Assembly (NCBI GenBank): GCA_036508875.1
Contig: DATCGP010000012.1
Location: 2,162-66,161 of the forward strand
DNA from: Coriobacteriia bacterium
GTDB lineage: Bacteria > Actinomycetota > Coriobacteriia > Anaerosomatales > PALSA-660
Length of the DNA stretch: 64,000 nt
Reading direction: 5' to 3'
Below the pieces are notes generated by a model. It saw nothing but the letters and a program-made list of their open reading frames with translations, had not been told where the DNA came from and did not search any database. Positions 1 through 9,247 of this stretch are shown here, piece after piece. Within the stretch, counting starts at the first letter, position 1. Each line of letters begins with the position of its first letter. Both the position numbers and the translations under genes were made by a program.

Positions 1-1
1 G

Positions 2-1285
2 AAGATGGTCAAGGCGCTCAAGGAAGAGGTCGGTCTGCCGCTGCACATGCACTGCCACTACATCGGCGGCATGGCACCGATGAACTACCTGAAGGCGATC
101 GAGGCGGGTGCGGACATCGTCGACACCGCCGCCGTGGCGCTGGCGTTCGGCAACTCGCAGCCGCCCGTGGAGATGATCGTCGCGGCTCTCAAAGAGTCCC
201 CCTACGATACCGGCCTGGACCTCGACGAGCTGTTCCGCATCGCCGAGTACTGGGAGGGCGTCCGCGAGCGCAAGAAGCTCAAGCGCGGCATCACCACGAT
301 GCTGCAGATGGAGGTCTTCTCGCATCAGGTGCCGGGTGGCATGATGAGCAACCTCATCAGCCAGCTCGAGCTGCAGAAGGCGAGCGGACGGCTGCCGGAC
401 GTGCTCGCGGAGATCCCGCGCGTGCGCGCCGAGGTCGGCTACCCGCCACTTGTGACGCCGATGTCGCAGATCGTGGGCACCCAGGCGGTCCTGAACGTGC
501 TCACCGGTAAGCGCTGGGGGGTCGTCCCCAACGAGATGAAGGACTACATCCGCGGACTGTACGGCAAGGCGCCGGGTCCGATGGACCCCGAGGTCGTGGC
601 ACGCGCGCTGGGCGACGAGAAGCCGCTTCCGCTGGATGTCCGGCCGGGCTCGATGGCGGTGGGCACGTACGAGCAGGCGGAGGCCGAGATCGGAGACCTC
701 GCACGCAGCGAGGAGGACGTACTTATGTACGCCCTCTTCCCGAACGAAGCCATGGCGTACCTGACCAAACACCAGGAAGGCGCCGAGAAGGCCGTCTTCA
801 TGCTCTCCGAAGAGATAGACACAGTCAGGGAGGACGAATCCGTGGACGTGAACCAGATCCGCGAGCTGATCCGCTTGGTGGAGGCCTCGGACATCAACGA
901 GGTCATCGTCGAGGAGAACGGCGCGACAGTCACCGTGCGCAAGGGCGACGTCGTGATGGCGGCCGCGCCGGCCGCCGCCGCTTCCCCCGCAGGTGCGCCG
1001 TCCGCGGTCCCCGAGGCGGCGTCCTCTGAGCACCCCGCGTCGTGGAAGGAAGTCACGGCCATGATGGTCGGCACCTTCTATCGCGCGCCTTCGCCCGGAT
1101 CCGCCCCGTTCGCCGAGGTGGGGGACACGATCGAGCAGGGCAACCCGGTCTGCATCCTTGAGGCGATGAAGCTCATGAACGAGATCGAGATGCCGGAGAC
1201 CGGCGTCATCCGCCAGGTCGTCGCGCCGGACGCGTCTCCGGTCGACTATGGCGCGGTCCTGTTCTACTACGAGCCGGCTGAATAG
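2..1285 (+). CDS. Carboxyltransferase (5S transcarboxylase / OadA / pyruvate carboxylase subunit B-like) fused to a C-terminal biotinyl carrier domain; 5' end truncated by the window edge
   Basis: Frame is open from the window start. HMHCHYIGG metal-binding His cluster. Ala/Pro-rich linker. C-terminal biotinyl domain with EAMKLMNEI biotin-lysine motif. Confidence 0.85.
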   Translation, partial: KMVKALKEEVGLPLHMHCHYIGGMAPMNYLKAIEAGADIVDTAAVALAFGNSQPPVEMIVAALKESPYDTGLDLDELFRIAEYWEGVRERKKLKRGITTMLQMEVFSHQVPGGMMSNLISQLELQKASGRLPDVLAEIPRVRAEVGYPPLVTPMSQIVGTQAVLNVLTGKRWGVVPNEMKDYIRGLYGKAPGPMDPEVVARALGDEKPLPLDVRPGSMAVGTYEQAEAEIGDLARSEEDVLMYALFPNEAMAYLTKHQEGAEKAVFMLSEEIDTVREDESVDVNQIRELIRLVEASDINEVIVEENGATVTVRKGDVVMAAAPAAAASPAGAPSAVPEAASSEHPASWKEVTAMMVGTFYRAPSPGSAPFAEVGDTIEQGNPVCILEAMKLMNEIEMPETGVIRQVVAPDASPVDYGAVLFYYEPAE

Positions 1286-1295
1286 GCGTACGCGG

Positions 1296-2657
1296 ATGCA
1301 GGAGTTCGGAAAGATACTGATCGCGAACCGCGGAGAGGTGGCGCTCCGCGTTATCCGCGCGTGCCGCGAGATGGGCATCGCCACGGTCGCGATCTACTCC
1401 GAGATCGACCGTGAGTGCCTGCACACCAAGATGGCCGACGAGGCGATCTGCGTGGGCCCTGCGGCCTCGGCTCTGAGCTACCTCAACGTCCCGAACATCA
1501 TCTCGGCGGCGCTCATCACCGGCGCCAACGCCGTGCACCCCGGCTACGGCTTCCTCGCGGAGAACGCGGGCTTCGCCCGGGCGTGCCAGGACAGCAACCT
1601 GACCTTCATCGGGCCGTCGCCCGACGCGATCGAACGGATGGGCGACAAGGCGGTTGCGAAGCAGACGATGCGCGATGCGGGCGTCTCGACCGTTCCCGGC
1701 AGTGACGGAGCGGTCGCGTCCGAGGCGGAGGCGCTGAGCCTCGCCGAGCAGGTCGGCTATCCGGTCCTGATCAAGGCGTCGGCGGGCGGTGGCGGGCGCG
1801 GTATGCGCGTGGCCGCATGCGCCGCGGAGCTGCCGTCGATGCTGCACGCGGCCCGCGCCGAGGCCGCCGTCGCCTTCGGCGACGACACCGTCTATCTCGA
1901 GAAGTACCTCACCCGCCCGCGCCACATCGAGTTTCAGGTGCTCGCGGACAGCCACGGCAACGCGATCCACCTGTTCGAGCGTGATTGCTCGGTGCAGCGC
2001 CGCCACCAGAAGCTCATCGAGGAGTCGCCGTCACCTGCGCTCACCGACGAGCAGCGCAGGGTGATGGGCGAGGCCGCGCTGAAGGCGGTGCGCGCCGTCG
2101 ACTACGTCAACGCGGGCACCGTCGAGTTCCTGCTCGATGAGGACGGCTCGTTCTACTTCATGGAGATGAACACCCGGGTCCAGGTGGAGCATCCCGTGAC
2201 CGAGGCGGTCACCGGTGTCGACATCATCAAGGAGCAGATCCGCGTCGCAGCCGGCAGGCCACTGCGGCACCCGGACCAGCGCGACATCGTGCAGCGCGGG
2301 CACGCGATCGAGTTCCGCATCAACGCAGAGGACCCGGCGCACGGGTTTCGCCCGCATCCGGGCAGGATCGAGGTCTTCAACGTGCCGGGCGGTCTGGGCG
2401 TGCGCGTGGACAGCCACGTGTACTCCGGCTATACCGTGCCGCCCACGTACGACTCCCTGATCGCGAAGCTGATCGTGTGGGGCGAGACCCGTTACGAGGC
2501 GATCAACCGCGCGCGCAGGGCGCTCGATGAGTTCATCGTCGTGGGCATCCCGACCACGATCCCGTTCCATCAGGCGGCGATCGAGAACGAGTTCTTCCAG
2601 CGGGGCGAGGTCTATACTGACTTCGTCGACGCGCACATGAACGGCGGGAGCTTGTAG
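1296..2657 (+). CDS. accC: Biotin carboxylase (AccC / PycA type, ATP-grasp)
   Basis: N-terminus MQEFGKILIANRGEVA, glycine loop GGGGRGMRV, EMNTRVQVEHPVTE signature. ATG at 1296 lies 10 nt after the upstream stop. Confidence 0.93.
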   Translation: MQEFGKILIANRGEVALRVIRACREMGIATVAIYSEIDRECLHTKMADEAICVGPAASALSYLNVPNIISAALITGANAVHPGYGFLAENAGFARACQDSNLTFIGPSPDAIERMGDKAVAKQTMRDAGVSTVPGSDGAVASEAEALSLAEQVGYPVLIKASAGGGGRGMRVAACAAELPSMLHAARAEAAVAFGDDTVYLEKYLTRPRHIEFQVLADSHGNAIHLFERDCSVQRRHQKLIEESPSPALTDEQRRVMGEAALKAVRAVDYVNAGTVEFLLDEDGSFYFMEMNTRVQVEHPVTEAVTGVDIIKEQIRVAAGRPLRHPDQRDIVQRGHAIEFRINAEDPAHGFRPHPGRIEVFNVPGGLGVRVDSHVYSGYTVPPTYDSLIAKLIVWGETRYEAINRARRALDEFIVVGIPTTIPFHQAAIENEFFQRGEVYTDFVDAHMNGGSL

Positions 2658-2723
2658 CGCCTGCTACGGTGCTGCTCGAGAAGGTCCGCCTCCCCGCGAG
2701 ACGACGAGGAAACGAGAAGCGAC

Positions 2724-3059
2724 ATGGCCACCGAACTGAATCTCGAAGGGCTCGACATAGCGCCGGGCGTCGTCGAGACGATGGTGGAGCTCGCAGCCGC
2801 CGAGGTCGAGGGCGTGGTCAGCGTGGTGGCATCCCCGCTGGGCAAGCTGTCGAAGTCGCAGAAGCTGACCGAGGTCTCCATCGACGAGGACGGTGACTTC
2901 GTGGTCTCACTGCATGTGACAGCGCTGTACGGCCGGCCGCTCAGGCAGCTCGGCGCAGCGCTGCAGGACGCCGTCTCCGACGCGCTCTCGTGCCAGACCG
3001 GGCACAGCGCCTCGCAGGTCGATGTCTTCATCGACGCGATCTCCTTCCCCGAGCAGTAG
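2724..3059 (+). CDS. Asp23/Gls24 family envelope stress protein
   Basis: 111 aa; LDIAPGVVETMVELAAAEVEGVVSV is a typical Asp23 N-terminus. It occupies the conserved accC-asp23-nusB position. Confidence 0.8.
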   Translation: MATELNLEGLDIAPGVVETMVELAAAEVEGVVSVVASPLGKLSKSQKLTEVSIDEDGDFVVSLHVTALYGRPLRQLGAALQDAVSDALSCQTGHSASQVDVFIDAISFPEQ

Positions 3060-3080
3060 GGGAAGAGGGACCGCACACCG

Positions 3081-3515
3081 ATGCTCGAGCGACGCCGCGC
3101 ACGTCACCAAGCGCTCCACATCCTGTACCAACGCGAGATCACCGAGCAGGCGGTGAGCCGCATCCTCGCCGAAGGCACCTTCAGCATCGAGGACGGCGAG
3201 CCCACGGAGTACGCACGTGACCTGGTGCTCGGCGTGGAGGCGCACCAGTCCCGCATCGACCGTCTACTCGAAGAGACGTCCGAGAACTGGGCCCTTTCCC
3301 GCATGCCCCTGGTCGACCGCAACATCCTGCGTCTGGCCGTCTTCGAGATGATCTATCGGGGAGAGGACGTGCCGGATTCGGTCGCGATCAACGAGGCGGT
3401 CGAGATGGCGAAGGTCTACGGGGGCGAGGACTCGAGCAAGTTCGTGAACGGTGTCCTGGGCCGGCTCGCAGACGTCGCGATCGCCGGCGGACTTGAGGAG
3501 AGCTCCGATGAGTGA
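3081..3515 (+). CDS. nusB: Transcription antitermination factor NusB
   Basis: 144 aa; AVFEMIY...INEAVEMAKVYGGEDSSKFVNGVLGRL matches NusB C-terminal motifs. Confidence 0.92.
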   Translation: MLERRRARHQALHILYQREITEQAVSRILAEGTFSIEDGEPTEYARDLVLGVEAHQSRIDRLLEETSENWALSRMPLVDRNILRLAVFEMIYRGEDVPDSVAINEAVEMAKVYGGEDSSKFVNGVLGRLADVAIAGGLEESSDE

Positions 3516-3906
3516 CGATAGGTCCACGTTCGAGGTGACGCGCACGCGGCTGGAGGACATCGTCGTCCAGGTCCGCCGCAAGGACGTCTCGCTCGAGCAG
3601 AGCCTCGATCTGCTGGAAGAAGCGGTCCGCCTCGTCAACCAGTGCAACGACCTCATCGACCAGACCTCGTTCCGCGCCGTGGCGGACGCTGCCGAGGAGA
3701 CCGTCGCAGAGGCTGCCGAGGCCGGGACCGAGACGATCGCCGGTGACGAGCCCCAGATGGTCGCGGGGGACGAAGGCACAGTCGTCGAGGTGCTCGTCGC
3801 CGAGGGAGGCGACGTCGCTGCGGTGGAGTTCGTGGACCTGGACCTCGACGGCGAGGACGACGCCGTGATGATCGTGACCGAGTTCGAGGACGACGAGCGC
3901 TCGTAG
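3508..3906 (+). CDS. xseB: Exodeoxyribonuclease VII small subunit with a long acidic C-terminal extension
   Basis: ATG at 3508 overlaps the nusB stop (ATGAGTGA). The core FEVTRTRLEDIVVQVRRKDVSLEQSLDLLEEAVRLVNQCNDLI is XseB-like. About 70 further D/E-rich residues follow, with high GC3. Confidence 0.8.
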   Translation: MSDDRSTFEVTRTRLEDIVVQVRRKDVSLEQSLDLLEEAVRLVNQCNDLIDQTSFRAVADAAEETVAEAAEAGTETIAGDEPQMVAGDEGTVVEVLVAEGGDVAAVEFVDLDLDGEDDAVMIVTEFEDDERS

Positions 3907-4036
3907 GGTGTGGGGCTTCTCGGTGGGGTGACGCCGCGTTGACGGTGTTGACACGCTCGTTGCGTCGGCACCGCCGGGGGCATACCGTCAGAAGCGCAAG
4001 CTGGGAGCGCGAGGCCTCGCAAGACGCCACACGCTC

Positions 4037-5998
4037 GTGCCGACAGGTGAGGACGACGCACCGGCCTTGGGCGAAACGATTCTCGACCAGATCTCCAGCC
4101 CGGAGGACATCAAGCCGCTGGGTCCCGCGCAACTCGCGCAGCTCGCTTCCGAGATCCGGGAGCGGCTCGTTTCCACCGTGTCGGTCACCGGCGGCCATCT
4201 GGCGCCGAACCTCGGGGTCGTGGAACTGACGATCGGGCTCCTCCGCGCGCTCAACCTGCCCGCCGACCGGGTCATCTGGGACGTCGGCCACCAGAGCTAC
4301 GTCCACAAGCTGCTCACCGGCCGGCGCGAGCGGTTCTCGACCCTGCGCCAGTACGGCGGCGTGTGCGGGTTCCCCAAGCGCAACGAGTCCCCGTACGACA
4401 CGTTCGACACCGGGCACGCCTCCAACTCGATCTCGGTCGCGCTGGGTCTTGCCAAGGCTCGCGACGCTCGAGGCGGCAACGAGACGATCGTCGCGGTCAT
4501 CGGGGACGGCTCGCTCACAGGCGGCATGGCGTTCGAGGCTCTCAATCACGCCGGTCACCTCGGAGCGAAGCTCATCGTGGTGCTCAACGACAACGAGATG
4601 TCGATCTCGGAGAACGTGGGCGCGCTCGCGAGCTACCTCGCGCGCGTGCGCCTCGACCCTCGCTACACGAGGCTGCGTGACGGCGTCGAGGGCGCGATCT
4701 CGAAGGTCCCGGGCATCGGCCGCGGCCTCGTGGAGGTGGGCGAGGCGGCGAAGGAGTCCTTCAAGCAGCTCATCGTGCCCGGCATGTTCTTCGAGGAACT
4801 TGGCTGGACCTACGTCGGGCCCATCAACGGCCACGATGTCCAGAAGGTCGAGGACGCCGTGAGGCGGGCGAAGTCCCTCGACGGCCCGATCATCATCCAC
4901 GCCGTGACCCACAAGGGCCAGGGATACGCGCCCGCGGAGCAGTCGCCGGACACGTTCCACGGCATCGCGCCCTTCGACGTGTCGACCGGCAAGGTCCCGG
5001 ATTCCACCGGAGCGCCGTCGTTCACCGAGGTGTTCGGCGAGGCGATAGTGTCCGAGGCCGCGCGCGACGAGCGGGTGTGCGCGATCACCGCGGCGATGCC
5101 GACCGGGACGGGCCTCGACCGGTTCCGCGACGCTTACCCTGACCGCTTCTACGACGTGGGGATCGCGGAGCAGCATGCGGTGGGACTCGCGGCCGGACTC
5201 GCGCTCGGCGGGCGGCGCCCGGTGGTCGCCGTGTACTCCACCTTCCTGCAGCGTGCCTACGACCAAGTGATCATGGACGTGTGCCTGCAGAACCTGCCGG
5301 TCGTCTTCGCGCTCGATCGCGCGGGGCTCGTCGGCGAGGACGGCCCGACGCACCACGGCGTCTTCGACATGAGCTATCTGCGCGCGGTGCCGAACCTGAC
5401 GCTGTGCGCTCCCGCGGACGAGGCTGAGCTCGTGGACATGCTCCACACCGGGCTTGCGAGCGAGTCGCCCTTCGCGATCCGCTACCCGCGCGGCAAGGGC
5501 GCGGGCGTGGCGCTGCCGCGCGAGCCATCGGTGCTGGAAGCGGGGCGCGCGCAGGTCCGCCGCACCGGCACCGACGTGGCCTTGCTCGCCTTCGGGCGGA
5601 TGGTGGGAGTGGCAGAGCGCGCTTCCCAGTTGCTCATGGAGGCAGGCGTCTCGGCTTCGGTGGTCAACATGCGCTGGGTGAAGCCGCTCGACTTGGAGAC
5701 GGTGGCTTGGGCAGCCCAGCGGCACGACTTGGTGGTCACCATCGAGGAGAACACCAGCATCGGCGGCGCGGGCTCCGCGGTCCTGGAAGCGCTCGCCGAC
5801 ATGGACATGACCACTTCGGTCATGCACCTGGGCGTGCCCGACTGCTTCGTCACGCACGGCGCGATGGCTCGGCTCCTTTCCGACGTCCGCCTGACGCCCG
5901 ACGGGGTCCGGGACGCCGTGCTCGGCCGCCTCGAACGAGTGACCGAGACCGAGGGTGAACGCCGTGGCCAGACGCAGAGCCGACACCGCGCTCGTTGA
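4037..5998 (+). CDS. dxs: 1-deoxy-D-xylulose-5-phosphate synthase
   Basis: 653 aa; GHLAPNLGVVELT, TPP motif IGDGSLTGGMAFEALN, transketolase-like pyrimidine-binding and C-terminal domains. GTG start. Confidence 0.95.
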   Translation: MPTGEDDAPALGETILDQISSPEDIKPLGPAQLAQLASEIRERLVSTVSVTGGHLAPNLGVVELTIGLLRALNLPADRVIWDVGHQSYVHKLLTGRRERFSTLRQYGGVCGFPKRNESPYDTFDTGHASNSISVALGLAKARDARGGNETIVAVIGDGSLTGGMAFEALNHAGHLGAKLIVVLNDNEMSISENVGALASYLARVRLDPRYTRLRDGVEGAISKVPGIGRGLVEVGEAAKESFKQLIVPGMFFEELGWTYVGPINGHDVQKVEDAVRRAKSLDGPIIIHAVTHKGQGYAPAEQSPDTFHGIAPFDVSTGKVPDSTGAPSFTEVFGEAIVSEAARDERVCAITAAMPTGTGLDRFRDAYPDRFYDVGIAEQHAVGLAAGLALGGRRPVVAVYSTFLQRAYDQVIMDVCLQNLPVVFALDRAGLVGEDGPTHHGVFDMSYLRAVPNLTLCAPADEAELVDMLHTGLASESPFAIRYPRGKGAGVALPREPSVLEAGRAQVRRTGTDVALLAFGRMVGVAERASQLLMEAGVSASVVNMRWVKPLDLETVAWAAQRHDLVVTIEENTSIGGAGSAVLEALADMDMTTSVMHLGVPDCFVTHGAMARLLSDVRLTPDGVRDAVLGRLERVTETEGERRGQTQSRHRAR

Positions 5999-6764
5999 TG
6001 CCGGGCTGTTCGCCTCGCGCGAGCAGGCCAAGGCAGCGATACTCGCGGGAGATGTGACGCTTGAAGGGGTCGGCCCGGTGCTGAAGGCTGGCGCGGACGT
6101 CCCTGACGATGCGGTCTTCTCAGTGGCGGCAGTGCCGCAGTTCGTCTCGCGCGGGGGTGTGAAGCTGGCCGGCGCGCTGGACAAGTTCGGGCTCTCCGTC
6201 GAAGGTGTCCAGGCGATCGACGTCGGCGCGTCCACGGGCGGGTTCACGGACTGCCTGCTCCAGCGCGGAGCCTCCTCCGTTACGGCGCTCGACGTAGGCT
6301 ATGGACAGCTCGCGTGGAAGCTGCGCTGCGACGAACGCGTGACGGTCTTGGAGCGCACCAACATCCGGTCTGTCGACGCCACCGTCGCCGGCGCGCCGTT
6401 CGACCTGGCCGTCATCGACGTCTCGTTCATAGGACTTTCGAAGGTCCTGCCTCACGTGCGTCCGCTCCTCCGCCCAGGCGGCGAGGTCGTGTCGCTGGTC
6501 AAACCGCAGTTCGAAGCCGGTAAGGGCCGTGTGGGAAAACGGGGAGTGGTCCGCGACGCCGCTGTGCACGCCGATGTCCTCGAGACGGTCACACGGGAGG
6601 CGGCAGCAGCGGGGTTCGTGCTCGTCGACCTCGCATGGTCGCCCATCACAGGGCCGGAGGGTAATATCGAGTTCTGGGTGCGGCTGGCGATGTCCGGCGA
6701 GCCGGTCCACCCGGACTTCGCGTCGCTCGTGAAGGAAGCGCACGCCGCTGTGGGAGGCAGGTAG
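5955..6764 (+). CDS. tlyA: TlyA family 16S/23S rRNA (cytidine-2'-O)-methyltransferase
   Basis: S4-like N-terminus (RRRADTALVDAGLFASREQAKAAI) and FtsJ-type SAM motif DVGASTGGFTDCLLQRGA. Overlaps the dxs 3' end by 35-44 nt (GTG at 5955 or 5964). Confidence 0.9.
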   Translation: MNAVARRRADTALVDAGLFASREQAKAAILAGDVTLEGVGPVLKAGADVPDDAVFSVAAVPQFVSRGGVKLAGALDKFGLSVEGVQAIDVGASTGGFTDCLLQRGASSVTALDVGYGQLAWKLRCDERVTVLERTNIRSVDATVAGAPFDLAVIDVSFIGLSKVLPHVRPLLRPGGEVVSLVKPQFEAGKGRVGKRGVVRDAAVHADVLETVTREAAAAGFVLVDLAWSPITGPEGNIEFWVRLAMSGEPVHPDFASLVKEAHAAVGGR

Positions 6765-6769
6765 GCCGA

Positions 6770-7612
6770 ATGCGGATACAGCTCGTCCCCAACGGTGACA
6801 ACCCGCTCGCGTGCGAGACGGCGCGCATGCTCGCCGACGCTCTGCCGTCCCACGGCCACGAGGTCGCGATGGCTCCCGACGACGCGAGCGCGTGCGGTAT
6901 CGAGGCGGTGAGTGGGCCCGCTTCCGCGGCAGGGCTGGTGGTCGCGCTCGGAGGGGACGGAACGGTGTTGCGCGCGGCGCACTCACTCGCCGGCGCGGCC
7001 GTGCCGGTCCTCGGAGTGAAGCTCGGCCGCCTTGGCTTCCTGTGCGGCACAGGCGAGATGCAGCCGCTCGATGGCGTGCTTGCGGCGGCGGCGGGGGAGG
7101 GACGGATAGAGAGCCGTTCGACGCTGAGCGCCACGCTCGTGGTCGGCGGACGCGAGACGGGCGTCCACGAGGCGCTGAACGAGGTGTTCGTGGGCCGCGG
7201 CGGGACGTTCCGCGCGGTCGACCTTGAGGTGGAGGTGGACGGCGAACGGCTGGCGCGCTGGGTGTGCGACGGCGTGGTGGTCGCGACGCCGACCGGATCG
7301 ACCGCCTACGCCTTGTCGGCCGGAGGGCCGCTTGTCGCACCCGACGTGCGCGCGATCATCGTCGTGCCGGTGGGGCCGCATTCGCTCGTCGCGCGGCCGT
7401 TCGTGCTCGGCGAGGGCTCGCGCGTGGTCCTGACGCTGCCGGACCCTTCGCGCGCGGACGCGAGCGTGCTCGTCGATGGCGACCTGCTGCCGTGCCGCAG
7501 TGCGCTCGAATCGGTCGAAGTGAGGATGGGCGCCGACGATGTGCTTCTCGTGCGCCTCGGCGGACGGGGCTTTGCAGCGTCCCTTCGCGACACGTTCCTC
7601 CCGGATAGATGA
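6770..7612 (+). CDS. nadK: NAD(+) kinase
   Basis: GGDGTVLRAA motif, NEVFV, TPTGSTAYALSAGGP. Confidence 0.93.
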   Translation: MRIQLVPNGDNPLACETARMLADALPSHGHEVAMAPDDASACGIEAVSGPASAAGLVVALGGDGTVLRAAHSLAGAAVPVLGVKLGRLGFLCGTGEMQPLDGVLAAAAGEGRIESRSTLSATLVVGGRETGVHEALNEVFVGRGGTFRAVDLEVEVDGERLARWVCDGVVVATPTGSTAYALSAGGPLVAPDVRAIIVVPVGPHSLVARPFVLGEGSRVVLTLPDPSRADASVLVDGDLLPCRSALESVEVRMGADDVLLVRLGGRGFAASLRDTFLPDR

Positions 7613-9231
7613 TCCTTTCGGAGCTCCACGTCCGCGACCTCGCGCTCATCGAGGAGACCTGGCTCGAACTCGGGCCTGGCATGACGGTGCTCACCGGGGA
7701 GACCGGCGCCGGCAAGACGGTGCTCGTGGGGGCGCTGAAGCTCCTCCTCGGTGACCGGGCCGACGCCACGCTCGTGCGCGCGGGTGCTTCCGAGGCGGTC
7801 GTCGAAGGACGGTTCGCGGACGACGAAGCCGAACGCACCGCACGCCGGCGAGTCGGATCGGACGGGCGCAGCCGCTGCTACCTCGATGGCGAGATGGCGA
7901 CCGTGGGCGCGCTTGCCGACGGACTCGGGCCGCTGGTGGACCTGCACGGCCAGCATGACCATCAGGAGCTGCTCAGGACCGGCTCGCACGCTGGGCTGCT
8001 CGACCTGTTCGCGGGTGCGGCGCCGCTGCTGTACGCGTACCGGGCGGCGTTTCGCGCGTACGTTGGGGCCGTAGCCGCGCTGAAGCAGCTCCAGTCGGCG
8101 CTCGGCGACCGGGACCGGCGCATCGCCGCGCTCGCGGCGCTGGTCGAAGAGATAGACCGCGTCGCGCCCGAGCCGGGCGAGGACGAAGCGATCGCACAGC
8201 GTCTTCCCCGACTTCGCCATGGTGAGAAGCTCGCCGCGGCGTCTTCGGCGGCCTACAGGGCGCTCACCGACGAGGCAGGTTCGGTCGACCGCCTGAACGA
8301 GGCGGAAGGCGCGCTCGCGCACGTCGCCGGCATCGACCCCGTCCTCGACTCGCTCGCCGAGGCGATCGCAGACGTCGACGAGCGTCTGAGCGCTGCTGCC
8401 GGCCGTCTGCGCGACTACGGCGAGGGTGTTGACCACGACCCCGTCGCGCTTGAGGTCGCCGAGTCCCGCGCTGCGGCCCTCGCCGTCCTCAAGCGCTCCC
8501 ACGGCCCCTTGCTTGACGACGTGATCGCGGCGCGCGCAGCCGCTTCCGAAGAGCTGGACACGCTCGGTGAGGGTGAGGCGGGCCTCGACCGCGCTCGCGC
8601 GGCGGTGGCGGAGGCAGACGGCGCGCTCGTTGCCGCCGGCGACGCGCTGTCCGCGACGCGCGCCGCTGCCTCCGCCTCGTTCGAGCAGCGGCTCGCCGAG
8701 GCCGCCGCCGACCTTGCAATGGCGCATACGCGCTTCGAAGTCGGGCGGACGCCTCTCGCGCGTGAGTCGTGGACATCCGACGGGCCCGAGCGCATCGAGT
8801 TCCTGTACGCGCCTGCCTCCGGCGAGCCCGCCCGTCCCCTGGCGCGGATCGCGTCGGGCGGCGAAGTCTCGCGCGTGATGCTCGCGCTCAAGAGCGTACT
8901 CGGAGATGCGGACACGGTGCCGGTGCTCGTGTTCGACGAGATCGATGCAGGGATCGGCGGAGCCACCGCTCTGGCCGTGGGCCGGCGGTTGAAATCGCTG
9001 GCGGCCGGACGCCAAGTCCTGGTCGTGACGCATCTCGCACAGGTCGCGGCGTTCGCCGATGCGCAGCTGGTGGTCGAGAAGACCGAAGACGCCGGGCGCG
9101 CGCACACGAGCGTGCGCCCGGTCGCAGGCGGGGAGCGTGTCTCCGAGATCGCCCGGATGTTGTCCGGCTCCGACACCGACGCGTCGCGCGCCCACGCCGA
9201 GGAGCTGCTCGCGTCCGTCCGGACCATCTAG
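7609..9231 (+). CDS. recN: DNA repair protein RecN
   Basis: Walker A GETGAGKT, coiled-coil middle region, signature SGGEVSRVMLALK, Walker B LVFDEIDAGIGG. ATGA overlap with nadK. Confidence 0.93.
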   Translation: MILSELHVRDLALIEETWLELGPGMTVLTGETGAGKTVLVGALKLLLGDRADATLVRAGASEAVVEGRFADDEAERTARRRVGSDGRSRCYLDGEMATVGALADGLGPLVDLHGQHDHQELLRTGSHAGLLDLFAGAAPLLYAYRAAFRAYVGAVAALKQLQSALGDRDRRIAALAALVEEIDRVAPEPGEDEAIAQRLPRLRHGEKLAAASSAAYRALTDEAGSVDRLNEAEGALAHVAGIDPVLDSLAEAIADVDERLSAAAGRLRDYGEGVDHDPVALEVAESRAAALAVLKRSHGPLLDDVIAARAAASEELDTLGEGEAGLDRARAAVAEADGALVAAGDALSATRAAASASFEQRLAEAAADLAMAHTRFEVGRTPLARESWTSDGPERIEFLYAPASGEPARPLARIASGGEVSRVMLALKSVLGDADTVPVLVFDEIDAGIGGATALAVGRRLKSLAAGRQVLVVTHLAQVAAFADAQLVVEKTEDAGRAHTSVRPVAGGERVSEIARMLSGSDTDASRAHAEELLASVRTI

Positions 9232-9247
9232 GCGGACGTCGGCCGGG

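Noticed and set aside
3653-6247. Very long antisense ORF (864 aa, minus strand) opposite xseB/dxs/tlyA. Similar long shadow ORFs occur at 46875-48920, 50543-52897, 54007-55767, 15802-17484, 28565-29980 and elsewhere.
   Set aside because: The translations are Arg/Pro/Gly/Ala-rich low-complexity sequence with no recognisable motifs. They lie opposite genes with unambiguous motifs and high GC3. This is the typical stop-codon-poor antisense artefact of a genome with about 67% GC.
5955-6764. TlyA 'hemolysin' considered as a virulence factor.
   Set aside because: The S4 and FtsJ methyltransferase motifs indicate the rRNA 2'-O-methyltransferase function. The hemolysin label is a historical annotation.
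7609-9231. The SMC-like ATPase considered as part of a defence system (Wadjet/Lamassu-like).
   Set aside because: It has standard RecN architecture and sits in the conserved tlyA-nadK-recN synteny, with no partner nuclease or kleisin-like genes.
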